48,235 nucleotides of DNA, from positions 1 through 48,235 of the IMG/VR virus record IMGVR_UViG_3300037962_000731, one strand, 5' to 3'. The DNA is from a virus. Lineage: Duplodnaviria; Caudoviricetes. Under the pieces are notes generated by a model. The model had not been told where the DNA came from, ran no database searches, and saw only the letters and a list, made by a program, of their open reading frames with translations. Positions 1 through 8,699 of the stretch are shown here, one piece after another (the first letter of the stretch is position 1; each line of letters opens with the position of its first letter). Both the position numbers and the translations under genes were made by a program.

Positions 1-714
1 TCACAACCACCCTGCAGACCAAACAGCCCGCCCGATGATGTCTAGCTCGTGCAGTTGATCCTGGGGCACCAGCACTTTGTCATATTCCTTGTTCGCGCTG
101 ATGATAGAAACGCCATTGAACTGGCGCTGCAACCGCTTGGCGTACAGATGTCCATCCAGCCGAAGAATATAAATACCCTCCCCCTCAATCGTCGTCCTGG
201 TGTGATCGATCAACACCGTGTCGCCGCTGTTCAGCACCGGTTCCATCGAGTCACCATCAATGCGGATCGCGGATAGATGCTCTGGCGTAAGCCCTTGTTT
301 TCGCAATGAATAACGAGTGAAGGAAATGTGTGTCAGAACGCGGCAGTTCTCGTTCCAGGCACCCGCCCCAGCGCTGCACTGTGCGTCATATAGCGGCACA
401 AAGGCGTAGTCCTCCATGCCAAGCACTTCTGCTTGATGTCCCTCAGTTATCGCTGACTCACCGCTTCCTGTTGCTAGCCACTCTAATGAAACGCCGCCAG
501 CAACCGCGATTGCGATAAGCGCTTTCCGACTAGGCTCACCTCCATTCAGATAGCGCTGCAAACCGCTTTGCGATACACCAGCCGCTTTCGCTAAAGCGTT
601 AACACTCCCATGGGCTTCAGCAAGACTACGCAGGCGCTCGATAAACGCTTCATCTCTTTCAAGTTCTTTCTTTGAACTTGAAAGTGTTGGGCTATCTGAG
701 CTTTCAACTTTCAT
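1..714 (-). CDS. CI-like repressor, XRE HTH + S24 autopeptidase
   Basis: HTH 'VNALAKAAGVSQSGLQRYLNG', Ala-Gly site 'SAGAG', catalytic Ser 'GDSMEP' and Lys 'YAKRL'; divergent from ner; exact start uncertain. Confidence 0.92.
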   Translation of the reverse strand: MKVESSDSPTLSSSKKELERDEAFIERLRSLAEAHGSVNALAKAAGVSQSGLQRYLNGGEPSRKALIAIAVAGGVSLEWLATGSGESAITEGHQAEVLGMEDYAFVPLYDAQCSAGAGAWNENCRVLTHISFTRYSLRKQGLTPEHLSAIRIDGDSMEPVLNSGDTVLIDHTRTTIEGEGIYILRLDGHLYAKRLQRQFNGVSIISANKEYDKVLVPQDQLHELDIIGRAVWSAGWL

Positions 715-753
715 CTTTAGCCAAGTCCTTGAAACATCAGCAAATTAACCATA

Positions 754-830
754 TTCGACTAACTGGGTAGTCGAAAAGAACTTTAAAAACCCCTATCCGA
801 CTTGATCACCTAACCGAATAGCGTTATGTT
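754..830 (+). promoter_or_regulatory. Repressor/ner switch: operator palindrome and early promoter
   Basis: TTCGACTA-N6-TAGTCGAA at 754-775; TTGATC(802-807)-17 bp-TATGTT(825-830) upstream of ner. Confidence 0.55.
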
Positions 831-881
831 TACTAACAAGTGAGGGTTAGACAGCCAGAAAAAACGCCACGGAGTGACGCT

Positions 882-1220
882 ATGAAACTGGACATACCTA
901 CCCACCCAGCCGCCCGCTGGGAGTGGATCAAATATCAGATACGGATGCGCGGCTTAACGCTCGCCGAACTGGCTCGCCGCCTGGACGTCGAGCTTGGCAC
1001 GCTTGCTGCTGTGAAGCGCACGCCCTATCCGCGTATGGAAAGAGCGATTGCCAAGGCACTCGACCTGCAGCCCGCCATGATCTGGCCAGAGCGCTGGAAC
1101 CACGATGGTACGCCTAACCGCCAGCGCCCCAACCGCGCAGAAAAGAGCGCATCAATATCAAGTATGCATGATAGCGGCTCTAACGTTAGAGCGCATCGTC
1201 AAATGGCGGCGGGGGCGTAA
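882..1220 (+). CDS. ner: Ner-like HTH transcriptional regulator
   Basis: 'IKYQIRMRGLTLAELARR...PYPRMERAIAKALDLQPAMIWPERW' matches the Ner pattern; GGAG at 871-874 before ATG 882. Confidence 0.88.
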   Translation: MKLDIPTHPAARWEWIKYQIRMRGLTLAELARRLDVELGTLAAVKRTPYPRMERAIAKALDLQPAMIWPERWNHDGTPNRQRPNRAEKSASISSMHDSGSNVRAHRQMAAGA

Positions 1221-1222
1221 CC

Positions 1223-1660
1223 ATGAAGCGCGTCAAAGACACCCAAACGCTAGACATCTTTGAGGTACCTGTCCCCGTGACACCCACACCGGGCAGCGGC
1301 AACTATGCCGCCCAAGTGAGTGAACTGGTGGGCGTGGTGCTGAAAGACTGCCCCGTTGACCGCTATGAGGTGGCCGCGCAGATGAGCCGCTACTCCGGTG
1401 ACGACGTCTCCAAGCACATGCTGGATGCGTGGTCGAGCCCAGGCCGCGCCGACCACAACATTCCTTTCTACCGCATTCCGCTTTTGGAGGAGGTGTGCCA
1501 AAGCCATGCCTTTACCGATTGGCTCGTGCATTTGCGCGGTGGTCGTGTGGCATATGGGCGCGAGGCTTTGGCAGCTGAGTACGGAAAGCTCTCGCGTGTG
1601 CAAGAGCGTGTGAATGCGGATCTACGTCGCCTGAAGAAGCTAATGGGAGAAGAGCAATGA
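1223..1660 (+). CDS. Conserved Mu-like early protein, putative DNA-binding regulator
   Basis: Between ner and transposase, tightly packed; 'RYEVAAQMSRYSGDDVSKHMLDAWSS' HTH-like segment. Confidence 0.7.
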   Translation: MKRVKDTQTLDIFEVPVPVTPTPGSGNYAAQVSELVGVVLKDCPVDRYEVAAQMSRYSGDDVSKHMLDAWSSPGRADHNIPFYRIPLLEEVCQSHAFTDWLVHLRGGRVAYGREALAAEYGKLSRVQERVNADLRRLKKLMGEEQ

Positions 1661-1671
1661 GCCGCTCGAAT

Positions 1672-2166
1672 TCAAACATCGCGCCAGCGGTTCGGCGTCA
1701 CTATCGTCTCTGCCGTATGGTGCCGCTCATGGGGGATATGCGCCGTCGAGTTACACGCCGGGCAATTATAAAGGTCGTATCCAAACTCTTGCTGCTTAAG
1801 GTCCAGGATAGTGGTGCGGCCTTGCTGGAAACAGTTAGCACAAAAATACACTGGCTGTTGGTATTCCCCGCTGCTCGGGCTGTTTCGTACATATACAACA
1901 CTCCCTGTTTTAAGCACCACCTGCGTGTACATATCGCGCTCAGCCAAAAAATTAGTCGCTTCGGCAAGCCGTTCTGTGAGTTCGCGTTTTTCATCAAGAA
2001 GCGTCGTCACCTGCTCGCGCATCGAGAGGATATCCTCGCGCAGCGTCTGTATGTGCTCGCGAAGCTCTATCACAAGTGTCGCACTGTCTCCTTCACTTTT
2101 AGCGAGATCGATCGCAGCGCGAGCGATGTTAAGCGTTCGGTCGAAACTAGCCAGCAAACCTTTCAT
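1672..2166 (-). CDS. Accessory protein, coiled coil + C4 zinc finger, antisense to early operon
   Basis: SD GAGG upstream of ATG 2166; heptad-rich N half; 'FCANCF...YNCPAC' Cys pairs. Confidence 0.75.
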   Translation of the reverse strand: MKGLLASFDRTLNIARAAIDLAKSEGDSATLVIELREHIQTLREDILSMREQVTTLLDEKRELTERLAEATNFLAERDMYTQVVLKTGSVVYVRNSPSSGEYQQPVYFCANCFQQGRTTILDLKQQEFGYDLYNCPACNSTAHIPHERHHTAETIVTPNRWRDV

Positions 2167-2255
2167 GGGCGTTCCTCTAAGGGTGATTTGGGTTTGGGTT
2201 GCACCTCCCAATCTACCGCAGAGTGCAATGCCCGCCTATTCCAGCGGGGGCGTGT

Positions 2256-4316
2256 ATGAACTGGTACTCCGCCAAAGAGTTGGCCGGGCTACCAGGCATG
2301 CCCGGCACCGTTCAGGGTGTTAAGGCCAAAGCCAATACTCAGCGCTGGGAAGCACAGAAGCGCATGGGGCGTGGTGGAGGCTATGAATACGCCTTTGCCG
2401 TACTACCCAAAGAAACCCAGAACGCCCTGCTGTTGGCACAGGCCGACCAAGCCGCCCCTGCGCCTGCTAGCACCGTAGCGCCGCCGCAAGAAGAGCAGCG
2501 CCCAGGCCAGCAGCAACTTACCGATGCCCAACGCCAAGTGATGGGTGCCCGCGTCGCGTTCGTTCGCGAGATCGAACGCATGAGCAAGATGGTCAGCCAG
2601 CAGCGCGCTATCGAAACGTTAGTCGCTCACGCCCAAGCAGACGATCTAACGCCTTACCTCAAACAGCGGGTAGTGCTGGCCAACGACCGTAAAACGGATA
2701 CCCGCACCCTTAGCGAGCGCACCCTCAAGCGCTGGATCGCTGACTTCCGCAAATACGGCGAACGCGGCCTTGCCCCCAAACGCCGCAAGGCTGATATGAG
2801 CATGCCGCCGTGGGCTGGTGACTTTCTCAAGCGCTACCAGAAGCCGCAAAAGCCCAGCGTAGAAGCGGCCTACCAGCTGCTGGTCGAGCAGACCGAGCCG
2901 CCGCACCCTTCTATCCATCAGGTGCGCCGCTGGCTTGCCAAGCTGTCACCGGAAGCGCGTGAGCGTGGCCGCATGGGTGCCCACGAACTGAAAGCCCTAC
3001 AGCCCTTCAAGCGCCGCACCAGCGACGCGCTACTGCCCAACGATGTGTGGGTAGCGGATGGCCACACCTTCGATGCCGAAGTGATCAACCCACTCACCGG
3101 CCAAGCCTTCCGGCCCGAGATCACGCTGATCATCGATTGGGGCACCCGCCGCATCGTCGGCTTTGCCCTCAACCTAGCGGAGTCCACCGTGGCCACGCTG
3201 GATGCACTGCGCGATGCCGTGAGCCGCGTAGGCATGTTCAACCTGTTCTATGTCGATAACGGTTCAGGCTTTGACAACGCCACTGTTTACGAAGTGGTCG
3301 ACCGCCTGGGGGGCAGCATTACCCACTCACTGCCCTACAACTCCCAGGCACGCGGCGTCATTGAACGCGCCCACCAAACCATCCTGGTGAAACTGGCTAA
3401 AGAGATGCCCAGCTTTATTGGCGCAGATATGGATAAAGAAGCCGCCACCAAAGCCCACAAGTTAAGCCGCCGCGATATTAAACAAGGGTTAAAGCCCGCG
3501 TTTATTCCCACGTTTCAAGAGTTCTTCGAGCGCTTGAACGACGCCCTGGATGTTTATAACCACCGGCCCCACAAAGGGCTGCCCAAAGTGCGCGACTTAG
3601 ACAGCGGCAAGCTACGCCACCAAAGCCCCATGGAAGCCTGGAAAAGTGCCGAGGCCGAAGGCTTCGAAGCGCTCACCGCACCCAGTGATGTGGTCGCCTC
3701 GCTTATGCGCCCACAAGAAGTGCGCAAAACCAACCGTGGAGAAGTGCGCATCAATGGCGGCGTCTACTTCATGGACGCCCTGCGCGACTTCCACGGCGAA
3801 GAGATCCGTGTGGCCTGGGATTACCGCGACACCGGCTGCGTCGGCATCTTCACCCTAGAAGGTGAATACCTCGGCGATGCTCAGTTGGATGGCAACGCCA
3901 CCCCCGCGATGCCCGCCAGCATGATCGAACGCGCCGCCGAAAAACGCGAAAAAGGCCAACTCAACCGTTTGGTGCAAAAAGCCAAGGTGGTCACCGGTAG
4001 CGATGTGGAGTTCAGAACGATTACCCCCGCCGCCCGCCAATCAGACGAAAAGCAGGCTGCCCAAGGCCGCGCCTACGCCAAGCGGCTGGCCGATCAAGGC
4101 ACACGCTTTCAGATACCCCACAACAAGATGGAGCGCTATCGGCTCTGGAAGAAGCTGGATGGACAACTACAGCAAGGAGAAGAAGTACCCGCCGCCGCCC
4201 GCGAATGGCACGAGCGTTACCAGCACCACAGTGATTTAAAAGCCATCGCCAAAGTGATGGATACCGAAATGGATGCAGGTGGGCGGCAACCCACCCGCAC
4301 CCGACGGGCCGTCTGA
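2256..4316 (+). CDS. Mu-type DDE transposase A
   Basis: N-terminal Mu HTH 'WYSAKELAGLPGMP', catalytic motifs 'WVADGH', 'YVDNGSGF', 'RGVIER', 'YNHRPH', Mu transposase C-terminal region. Confidence 0.95.
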   Translation: MNWYSAKELAGLPGMPGTVQGVKAKANTQRWEAQKRMGRGGGYEYAFAVLPKETQNALLLAQADQAAPAPASTVAPPQEEQRPGQQQLTDAQRQVMGARVAFVREIERMSKMVSQQRAIETLVAHAQADDLTPYLKQRVVLANDRKTDTRTLSERTLKRWIADFRKYGERGLAPKRRKADMSMPPWAGDFLKRYQKPQKPSVEAAYQLLVEQTEPPHPSIHQVRRWLAKLSPEARERGRMGAHELKALQPFKRRTSDALLPNDVWVADGHTFDAEVINPLTGQAFRPEITLIIDWGTRRIVGFALNLAESTVATLDALRDAVSRVGMFNLFYVDNGSGFDNATVYEVVDRLGGSITHSLPYNSQARGVIERAHQTILVKLAKEMPSFIGADMDKEAATKAHKLSRRDIKQGLKPAFIPTFQEFFERLNDALDVYNHRPHKGLPKVRDLDSGKLRHQSPMEAWKSAEAEGFEALTAPSDVVASLMRPQEVRKTNRGEVRINGGVYFMDALRDFHGEEIRVAWDYRDTGCVGIFTLEGEYLGDAQLDGNATPAMPASMIERAAEKREKGQLNRLVQKAKVVTGSDVEFRTITPAARQSDEKQAAQGRAYAKRLADQGTRFQIPHNKMERYRLWKKLDGQLQQGEEVPAAAREWHERYQHHSDLKAIAKVMDTEMDAGGRQPTRTRRAV

Positions 4317-4355
4317 ACCACGGCCCATGACACCCGCAGCAATTAAGGAACTGAT

Positions 4356-5075
4356 ATGAGCGTCAACACCATTGTACCACTCACTAACGTTGGCCTACTG
4401 GCCGCCGCTGTCGAAAGCGCCGCCAACCGCCCACCAGAACTACCTGGCTTGGTGGTCATGTACGGCCCCAGCGGCTACGGCAAAAGCCTGGCAGCCGCCT
4501 ATGCCGCCAACCTGCACCGCGCCTACTACGTCGAGTGCCGCGAGAGCTGGACGAAAAAAGCGTTCGTGATCGCCATCCTGCGCGAGATGGGCATCATCCC
4601 CATGAAGACGCTCAGCGAGATGGTCGACCAGATCGCCGAGCAGCTCTCCCGCTCTGGCCGCCCGCTGATCATCGATGACGTTCAGTACGTCATCGACAAA
4701 GCCGCCGCCAACGTTCTCACCGACATCTATAACGCCAGCCAAGGCACCCTGATTCTGATCGGTGAAGAGCGCGTGCCTGCCTCCATGGCTCGCCTAGAAC
4801 GCCTGCACAACCGCGTACTGGAATGGGTGCCCGCCCAAGCCGCCAGCCTGGACGACGTGTGTGCCCTGGCCGCCAAAAGCTACCCCGACATCATCATCGA
4901 AGACGACCTGCTGGACGCCATCAACCACCGTGTTAAAGGCTGCCTGCGCCGTGTGGCGGTGAACCTCTACCAGATCCACTCCGAAGCCAGCGCTCAAGGC
5001 TGGAAGACAGTGGGCCTAAGCGAGTGGAGCGAGCAAGACATCCACACCGGCCAACCACCGGCGCGGAGGGGCTGA
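4356..5075 (+). CDS. Transposition ATPase B (AAA)
   Basis: Walker A 'GPSGYGKS', Walker B 'LIIDD'; directly after transposase; SD AAGGA. Confidence 0.92.
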   Translation: MSVNTIVPLTNVGLLAAAVESAANRPPELPGLVVMYGPSGYGKSLAAAYAANLHRAYYVECRESWTKKAFVIAILREMGIIPMKTLSEMVDQIAEQLSRSGRPLIIDDVQYVIDKAAANVLTDIYNASQGTLILIGEERVPASMARLERLHNRVLEWVPAQAASLDDVCALAAKSYPDIIIEDDLLDAINHRVKGCLRRVAVNLYQIHSEASAQGWKTVGLSEWSEQDIHTGQPPARRG

Positions 5076-5077
5076 GC

Positions 5078-5725
5078 ATGTCGTCCAAGAACGTCGCAAA
5101 GCGTAAAACGCTATCCGCACTGGCGGGAGATGTCACCCCTCGCCAGCTTATCTGGGACGCCATTCGTCACCAGCATTTAGACGATGGCATCATCACCATG
5201 CAGGGCATCCGTATTGCCCTCAAACGTCACCCGGAACTCAGCGAGAGCCGCATCAGCGACTATCTCCGGGCGTTGATCGCAGGCGGCTTCCTGGTGCGCC
5301 GCAACCCCGACGCACCACCCGCCACCACGGCCATCTACTTCCTGCAGCGCGATGTCGGTGTGGAAGCCCCCCGCGTGCGCCGGGATGGCACGCTGCCACC
5401 GCCCCCAGGGCGCGAACAGCTCTGGCGCACGCTCAAAATCATTGGTGCGTTTACCGGCCAAGAGCTAGCCGATGCCGCCAGCACGCCTCAAGTGCCGGTC
5501 GCCAAAGCCACGGCAGATGAGTACATCAAGATGCTCTCTCGGGCTGGATACCTGCAAACCGTGGTGGAACCCTCCCCTGGCGTGCCAGGGCGCTATCGCC
5601 TGGTGCCCAGCCACTGGACCGGCCCCATGGCCCCCATGATTCGGCGCACCAAAGAACTCTACGACCCCAACACTGGCGCCGTGGTGTACCGCCGCGTCAC
5701 CAAAACCGAAGGGGGCGAGCCATGA
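5078..5725 (+). CDS. Conserved Mu-like early protein (tandem winged-helix-like)
   Basis: SD GGAGG, follows B; two repeats of an 'xYL/IxxLxxxGY/FL' helix. Confidence 0.7.
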   Translation: MSSKNVAKRKTLSALAGDVTPRQLIWDAIRHQHLDDGIITMQGIRIALKRHPELSESRISDYLRALIAGGFLVRRNPDAPPATTAIYFLQRDVGVEAPRVRRDGTLPPPPGREQLWRTLKIIGAFTGQELADAASTPQVPVAKATADEYIKMLSRAGYLQTVVEPSPGVPGRYRLVPSHWTGPMAPMIRRTKELYDPNTGAVVYRRVTKTEGGEP

Positions 5726-6105
5726 ACGCCATTCGCCGCACCCGCGCCGTGGATATCTCCAACTGGGGCGAAGCGCCGCCCCGCTGGATTGTGCTGCTCG
5801 CCAACGAAGTGCGCGCCACCAATCGCAAGATGGCCGGTGATCGCATCGGCGTCTCGCGCAGCGCGGTCTCTTTGGCACTGGCCAACCGCTACCCCAGCCC
5901 TTCTACCAACAGCATCGAAAAGAAGGTGCTGGCAGCGCTGGATGGCCTGAACTGCCCCGCACAGCAACGCACCATCAGCGTAGAACAGTGCCGCGAGTAC
6001 CGCTCGCGCCCAGCGCCCACCCACAACCCCATGGCCATGCGCCTATGGCGCAGCTGCCAAACCTGCCCGAACAACCCCGACCGCCAGCAGGGAGAAGACC
6101 AATGA
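5722..6105 (+). CDS. HTH DNA-binding protein with Cys-rich C terminus
   Basis: 'KMAGDRIGVSRSAVSLAL' HTH; ATGA-coupled at both ends. Confidence 0.7.
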   Translation: MNAIRRTRAVDISNWGEAPPRWIVLLANEVRATNRKMAGDRIGVSRSAVSLALANRYPSPSTNSIEKKVLAALDGLNCPAQQRTISVEQCREYRSRPAPTHNPMAMRLWRSCQTCPNNPDRQQGEDQ

Positions 6106-6752
6106 CCCTCAAAGCCACCTGCCCCGAATGCGGCATGAGCGGCGACATGGCCGCGTTCGTCACCCAAGGCGAACACAACCAGGCACTGGCCGCCGCGCTG
6201 GAAATGCCCGCCTTACTGAGCAGCCGCATCGTGCGCTACCTCGGCCTGTTCCGGCCCAAATCACGGGCATTGGCCAGCGCCAAAAGCGCCCGCCTGCTGG
6301 GCGAGCTGAAAGACGTCATCACCAGTGAAGTGATCGAACGTAAAGGCATCACCCGCCAAGCCCCGCTCAAGGTCTGGGTGATGGCGCTTGACCAGCTGCT
6401 AGAGCGCCCGCCCAGCAACCTACCGCTCACCGGCCACGGCTACCTCTATGAGGTAGTGGCCAGCTGCGCTGATCGCCACGCCGGTGAGGTGGAAAGGCAG
6501 CGCGAAGAGCAGGCGCGTAACGGTTTTCAAAAGAGCAGTGTCAAACAGCCTGCAAACCGTGCCGCTGTTGCCACCCTGCGAGAGCGCTCCACCGATGACG
6601 TACTTGCCGAACACGAACGGTTAGCCCAGCGCAAAGCGCACGTTACCCAGCAGCGCCCGCCGCAACACGACAAAGCCGCTGAAAAAGCCAATGCCCCCAA
6701 ACGCCTGAGCGACCTACTGAAAGGGGCAGCCAGTCAGGGAGAACAGCCATGA
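6102..6752 (+). CDS. Phage hypothetical protein (N-terminal CPEC knuckle)
   Basis: SD GGAG, ATGA overlap at 6102-6105; 'YLGLFRPKSRAL' and 'GHGYLYEV' motifs typical of Mu-like early genes. Confidence 0.7.
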   Translation: MTLKATCPECGMSGDMAAFVTQGEHNQALAAALEMPALLSSRIVRYLGLFRPKSRALASAKSARLLGELKDVITSEVIERKGITRQAPLKVWVMALDQLLERPPSNLPLTGHGYLYEVVASCADRHAGEVERQREEQARNGFQKSSVKQPANRAAVATLRERSTDDVLAEHERLAQRKAHVTQQRPPQHDKAAEKANAPKRLSDLLKGAASQGEQP

Positions 6753-7153
6753 GAACGTACAGCGATGCCCACATCGAGCATTACGCCGACCGCTTCATCG
6801 CCCTGCGCATCGCCCGCCACGGCGTGGATCTCGCGCAGTACCTGATCAACCCCACCCAGTTTGAGCGCCTGGCCTTAGAACCAGAGCCGTTGCTGCCCAA
6901 GCAGCAACGGGCCGTGCTGCGCATCTGGCAGCGCTGGGACACCGGCCTAGCCGAGCAGGCAGCAGCTTCTGAAGCCCCCGAAGAAAAGCCGTTCGAGCTG
7001 CCCGGTGAATACGCCGTGTGGGAGGAGTTCCTGCTGGGCATCGGCAACAACAAGGCCATACGCCAGCGCAACGGTGCCTATGTCGAGCCGATGCACCACC
7101 ACCGCCACAACCCCCGTAACCGCAGCGCCAACTTTGCCCGTAAAGGAGCCTAA
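6749..7153 (+). CDS. Phage hypothetical protein
   Basis: ATGA-coupled, SD GGAG. Confidence 0.6.
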   Translation: MRTYSDAHIEHYADRFIALRIARHGVDLAQYLINPTQFERLALEPEPLLPKQQRAVLRIWQRWDTGLAEQAAASEAPEEKPFELPGEYAVWEEFLLGIGNNKAIRQRNGAYVEPMHHHRHNPRNRSANFARKGA

Positions 7154-7155
7154 TC

Positions 7156-7788
7156 ATGAGCATCGCCACCACTGAGACTCAACAAGTACCCGAAGGCTTC
7201 CGCATGGACGCCAAGGGCCGCTTGATACCCGAAGAGCAAATTAAAGAGATCGACAAGCTGCGCGATGAACTCGTGCTCTCGATCGTCGACCGCGCCTGTG
7301 AGCTGCGCGACCAGCTACGCGACTTCAAAAGCGATGTGTTTAGCGAAATCGCCGCGCTCATCGAGACCTCCGCCCAGGAGTACGACGTTCAGATCGGCGG
7401 CAAGAAAGGCAACGTGCAGCTCGTTTCCTTCTGTGGCCGCTACAAGGTGCAGCGTGCCATCTCCGAAACCATCACCTTTGATGAGCGCTTACAGGCTGCA
7501 AAGGGCTTGATTGAAGACTGCCTGCGCGACTGGACGACGGACGCCCGCCCCGAGGTGGCCACCATCGTGCAAGACGCCTTCCGCGTCGACCAAGCGGGCA
7601 ACATCCGCACCGGCCAAGTGCTGGGCCTACGCCGCCTGAACATTCAGGACAAGCGCTGGCTGAAAGCCATGGATGCTATCTCTGACGCGGTGCAAGTGAC
7701 AGGCTCCAAGAGCTACATCCGCATCTATGAGCGCGTCGGCAGCACCGACCAATACCAGCCCATCAGCCTGAACATTGCGGAGGTGTAA
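7156..7788 (+). CDS. DUF3164-family Mu-like early protein
   Basis: 'MDAKGRLIP..IKEIDKLRDELV', 'GGKKGNVQLVSF', 'FDERLQAAKGLI', 'GSKSYIRIYER'. Confidence 0.85.
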   Translation: MSIATTETQQVPEGFRMDAKGRLIPEEQIKEIDKLRDELVLSIVDRACELRDQLRDFKSDVFSEIAALIETSAQEYDVQIGGKKGNVQLVSFCGRYKVQRAISETITFDERLQAAKGLIEDCLRDWTTDARPEVATIVQDAFRVDQAGNIRTGQVLGLRRLNIQDKRWLKAMDAISDAVQVTGSKSYIRIYERVGSTDQYQPISLNIAEV

Positions 7789-7791
7789 CCC

Positions 7792-7950
7792 ATGCCCAGC
7801 AAATGCGCCTATTTCTACCAACTCCAGGAGCGCGGCATCAGTGCCGCGCAGGCCAAACGGTGGCTCAAGAAGAACCCGATACCACGCCAATGGAAGCACT
7901 CAGCATGGCGCTGGGCCGCTGAGAACATGACCGATGAGGTGACCCCATGA
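7792..7950 (+). CDS. Small hypothetical protein, 52 aa (not in ORF track)
   Basis: SD GGAGGT, MPSKCAYFYQLQERG...EVTP*, fills the gap exactly and overlaps the next gene by ATGA. Confidence 0.6.
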   Translation: MPSKCAYFYQLQERGISAAQAKRWLKKNPIPRQWKHSAWRWAAENMTDEVTP

Positions 7951-8183
7951 GCACCGTCTTGAATGCGTCCTCGATCCGCGTCAGGGCCGCCATGGGCGGA
8001 TACGTCGCCACCCTGCGCGGCAAGCGTGCCACCGGCACCACGCATCGCGAAGCGGCGCTGACCGTCGCACGCCAAGTGTACGGCCCCAAGGTCAACGTAC
8101 GCAGCGACTACCTGCGCGATGCAGATCCACTGGCGGGCATCCAGTACCGCTACCACATCACCCACCAGCGAGGTGTGGCATGA
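7947..8183 (+). CDS. Small hypothetical protein
   Basis: SD GAGGT, ATGA-coupled. Confidence 0.6.
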   Translation: MSTVLNASSIRVRAAMGGYVATLRGKRATGTTHREAALTVARQVYGPKVNVRSDYLRDADPLAGIQYRYHITHQRGVA

Positions 8184-8395
8184 GCGAGCCAACCAAAACC
8201 AGCACCAAGGCCATGATCACGATTGAGCCCAACGAAGCTGGCGGTTTCACGGTATACGCCGGATTCAATGGTGATAAAGCCGAATCACCTCAAATGAAAA
8301 AGGCTGGCGATTTAGCCCTGCTGGGAATGCTGGCCATCGCCAAAGCGCTGGAGCTGCAAGACGCCCAAGCAGCCACCCAAACAACCATCCACTAA
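8180..8395 (+). CDS. Small hypothetical protein
   Basis: SD GAGGT, ATGA-coupled. Confidence 0.55.
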   Translation: MSEPTKTSTKAMITIEPNEAGGFTVYAGFNGDKAESPQMKKAGDLALLGMLAIAKALELQDAQAATQTTIH

Positions 8396-8455
8396 GCGAA
8401 ACGCCCTGCCAATAGCGGGGCGTCTGCTGGGCGTGGTGGCCCGGCACTGATGAGC
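8389..8455 (+). ncRNA. Type II hammerhead ribozyme
   Basis: GAAA(8398-8401), 9-bp stem III, GUC cleavage triplet (8422-8424), 8-bp stem I, CUGAUGA(8447-8453), 2-bp open stem II, loop-I GUGG complementary to upstream CCAC(8389-8392). Confidence 0.9.
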
Positions 8456-8471
8456 AGCCCGGAGGCAACGT

Positions 8472-8699
8472 ATGGCAAGGGGAAAACGATCACAGATCAC
8501 GATGACCGACATCGGACCAGAGAAGCTATGCACGAAATGCGGCGAGTGGTGGCCGGACGATAGCGAGTTTTACTACCTGACCAATGGCTTAACCATCCAG
8601 CCATGCAAGGCCTGCTATGAGCAACTGCCATCCGTGATCCGCAAGCGGGCAAAGCAACGTAAACCCGAAAGCGCCGAGAGGTGGTTGCATGAGCATTAA
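8472..8699 (+). CDS. Small zinc-finger protein
   Basis: SD GGAGG; 'CTKC...CKAC'. Confidence 0.7.
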   Translation: MARGKRSQITMTDIGPEKLCTKCGEWWPDDSEFYYLTNGLTIQPCKACYEQLPSVIRKRAKQRKPESAERWLHEH

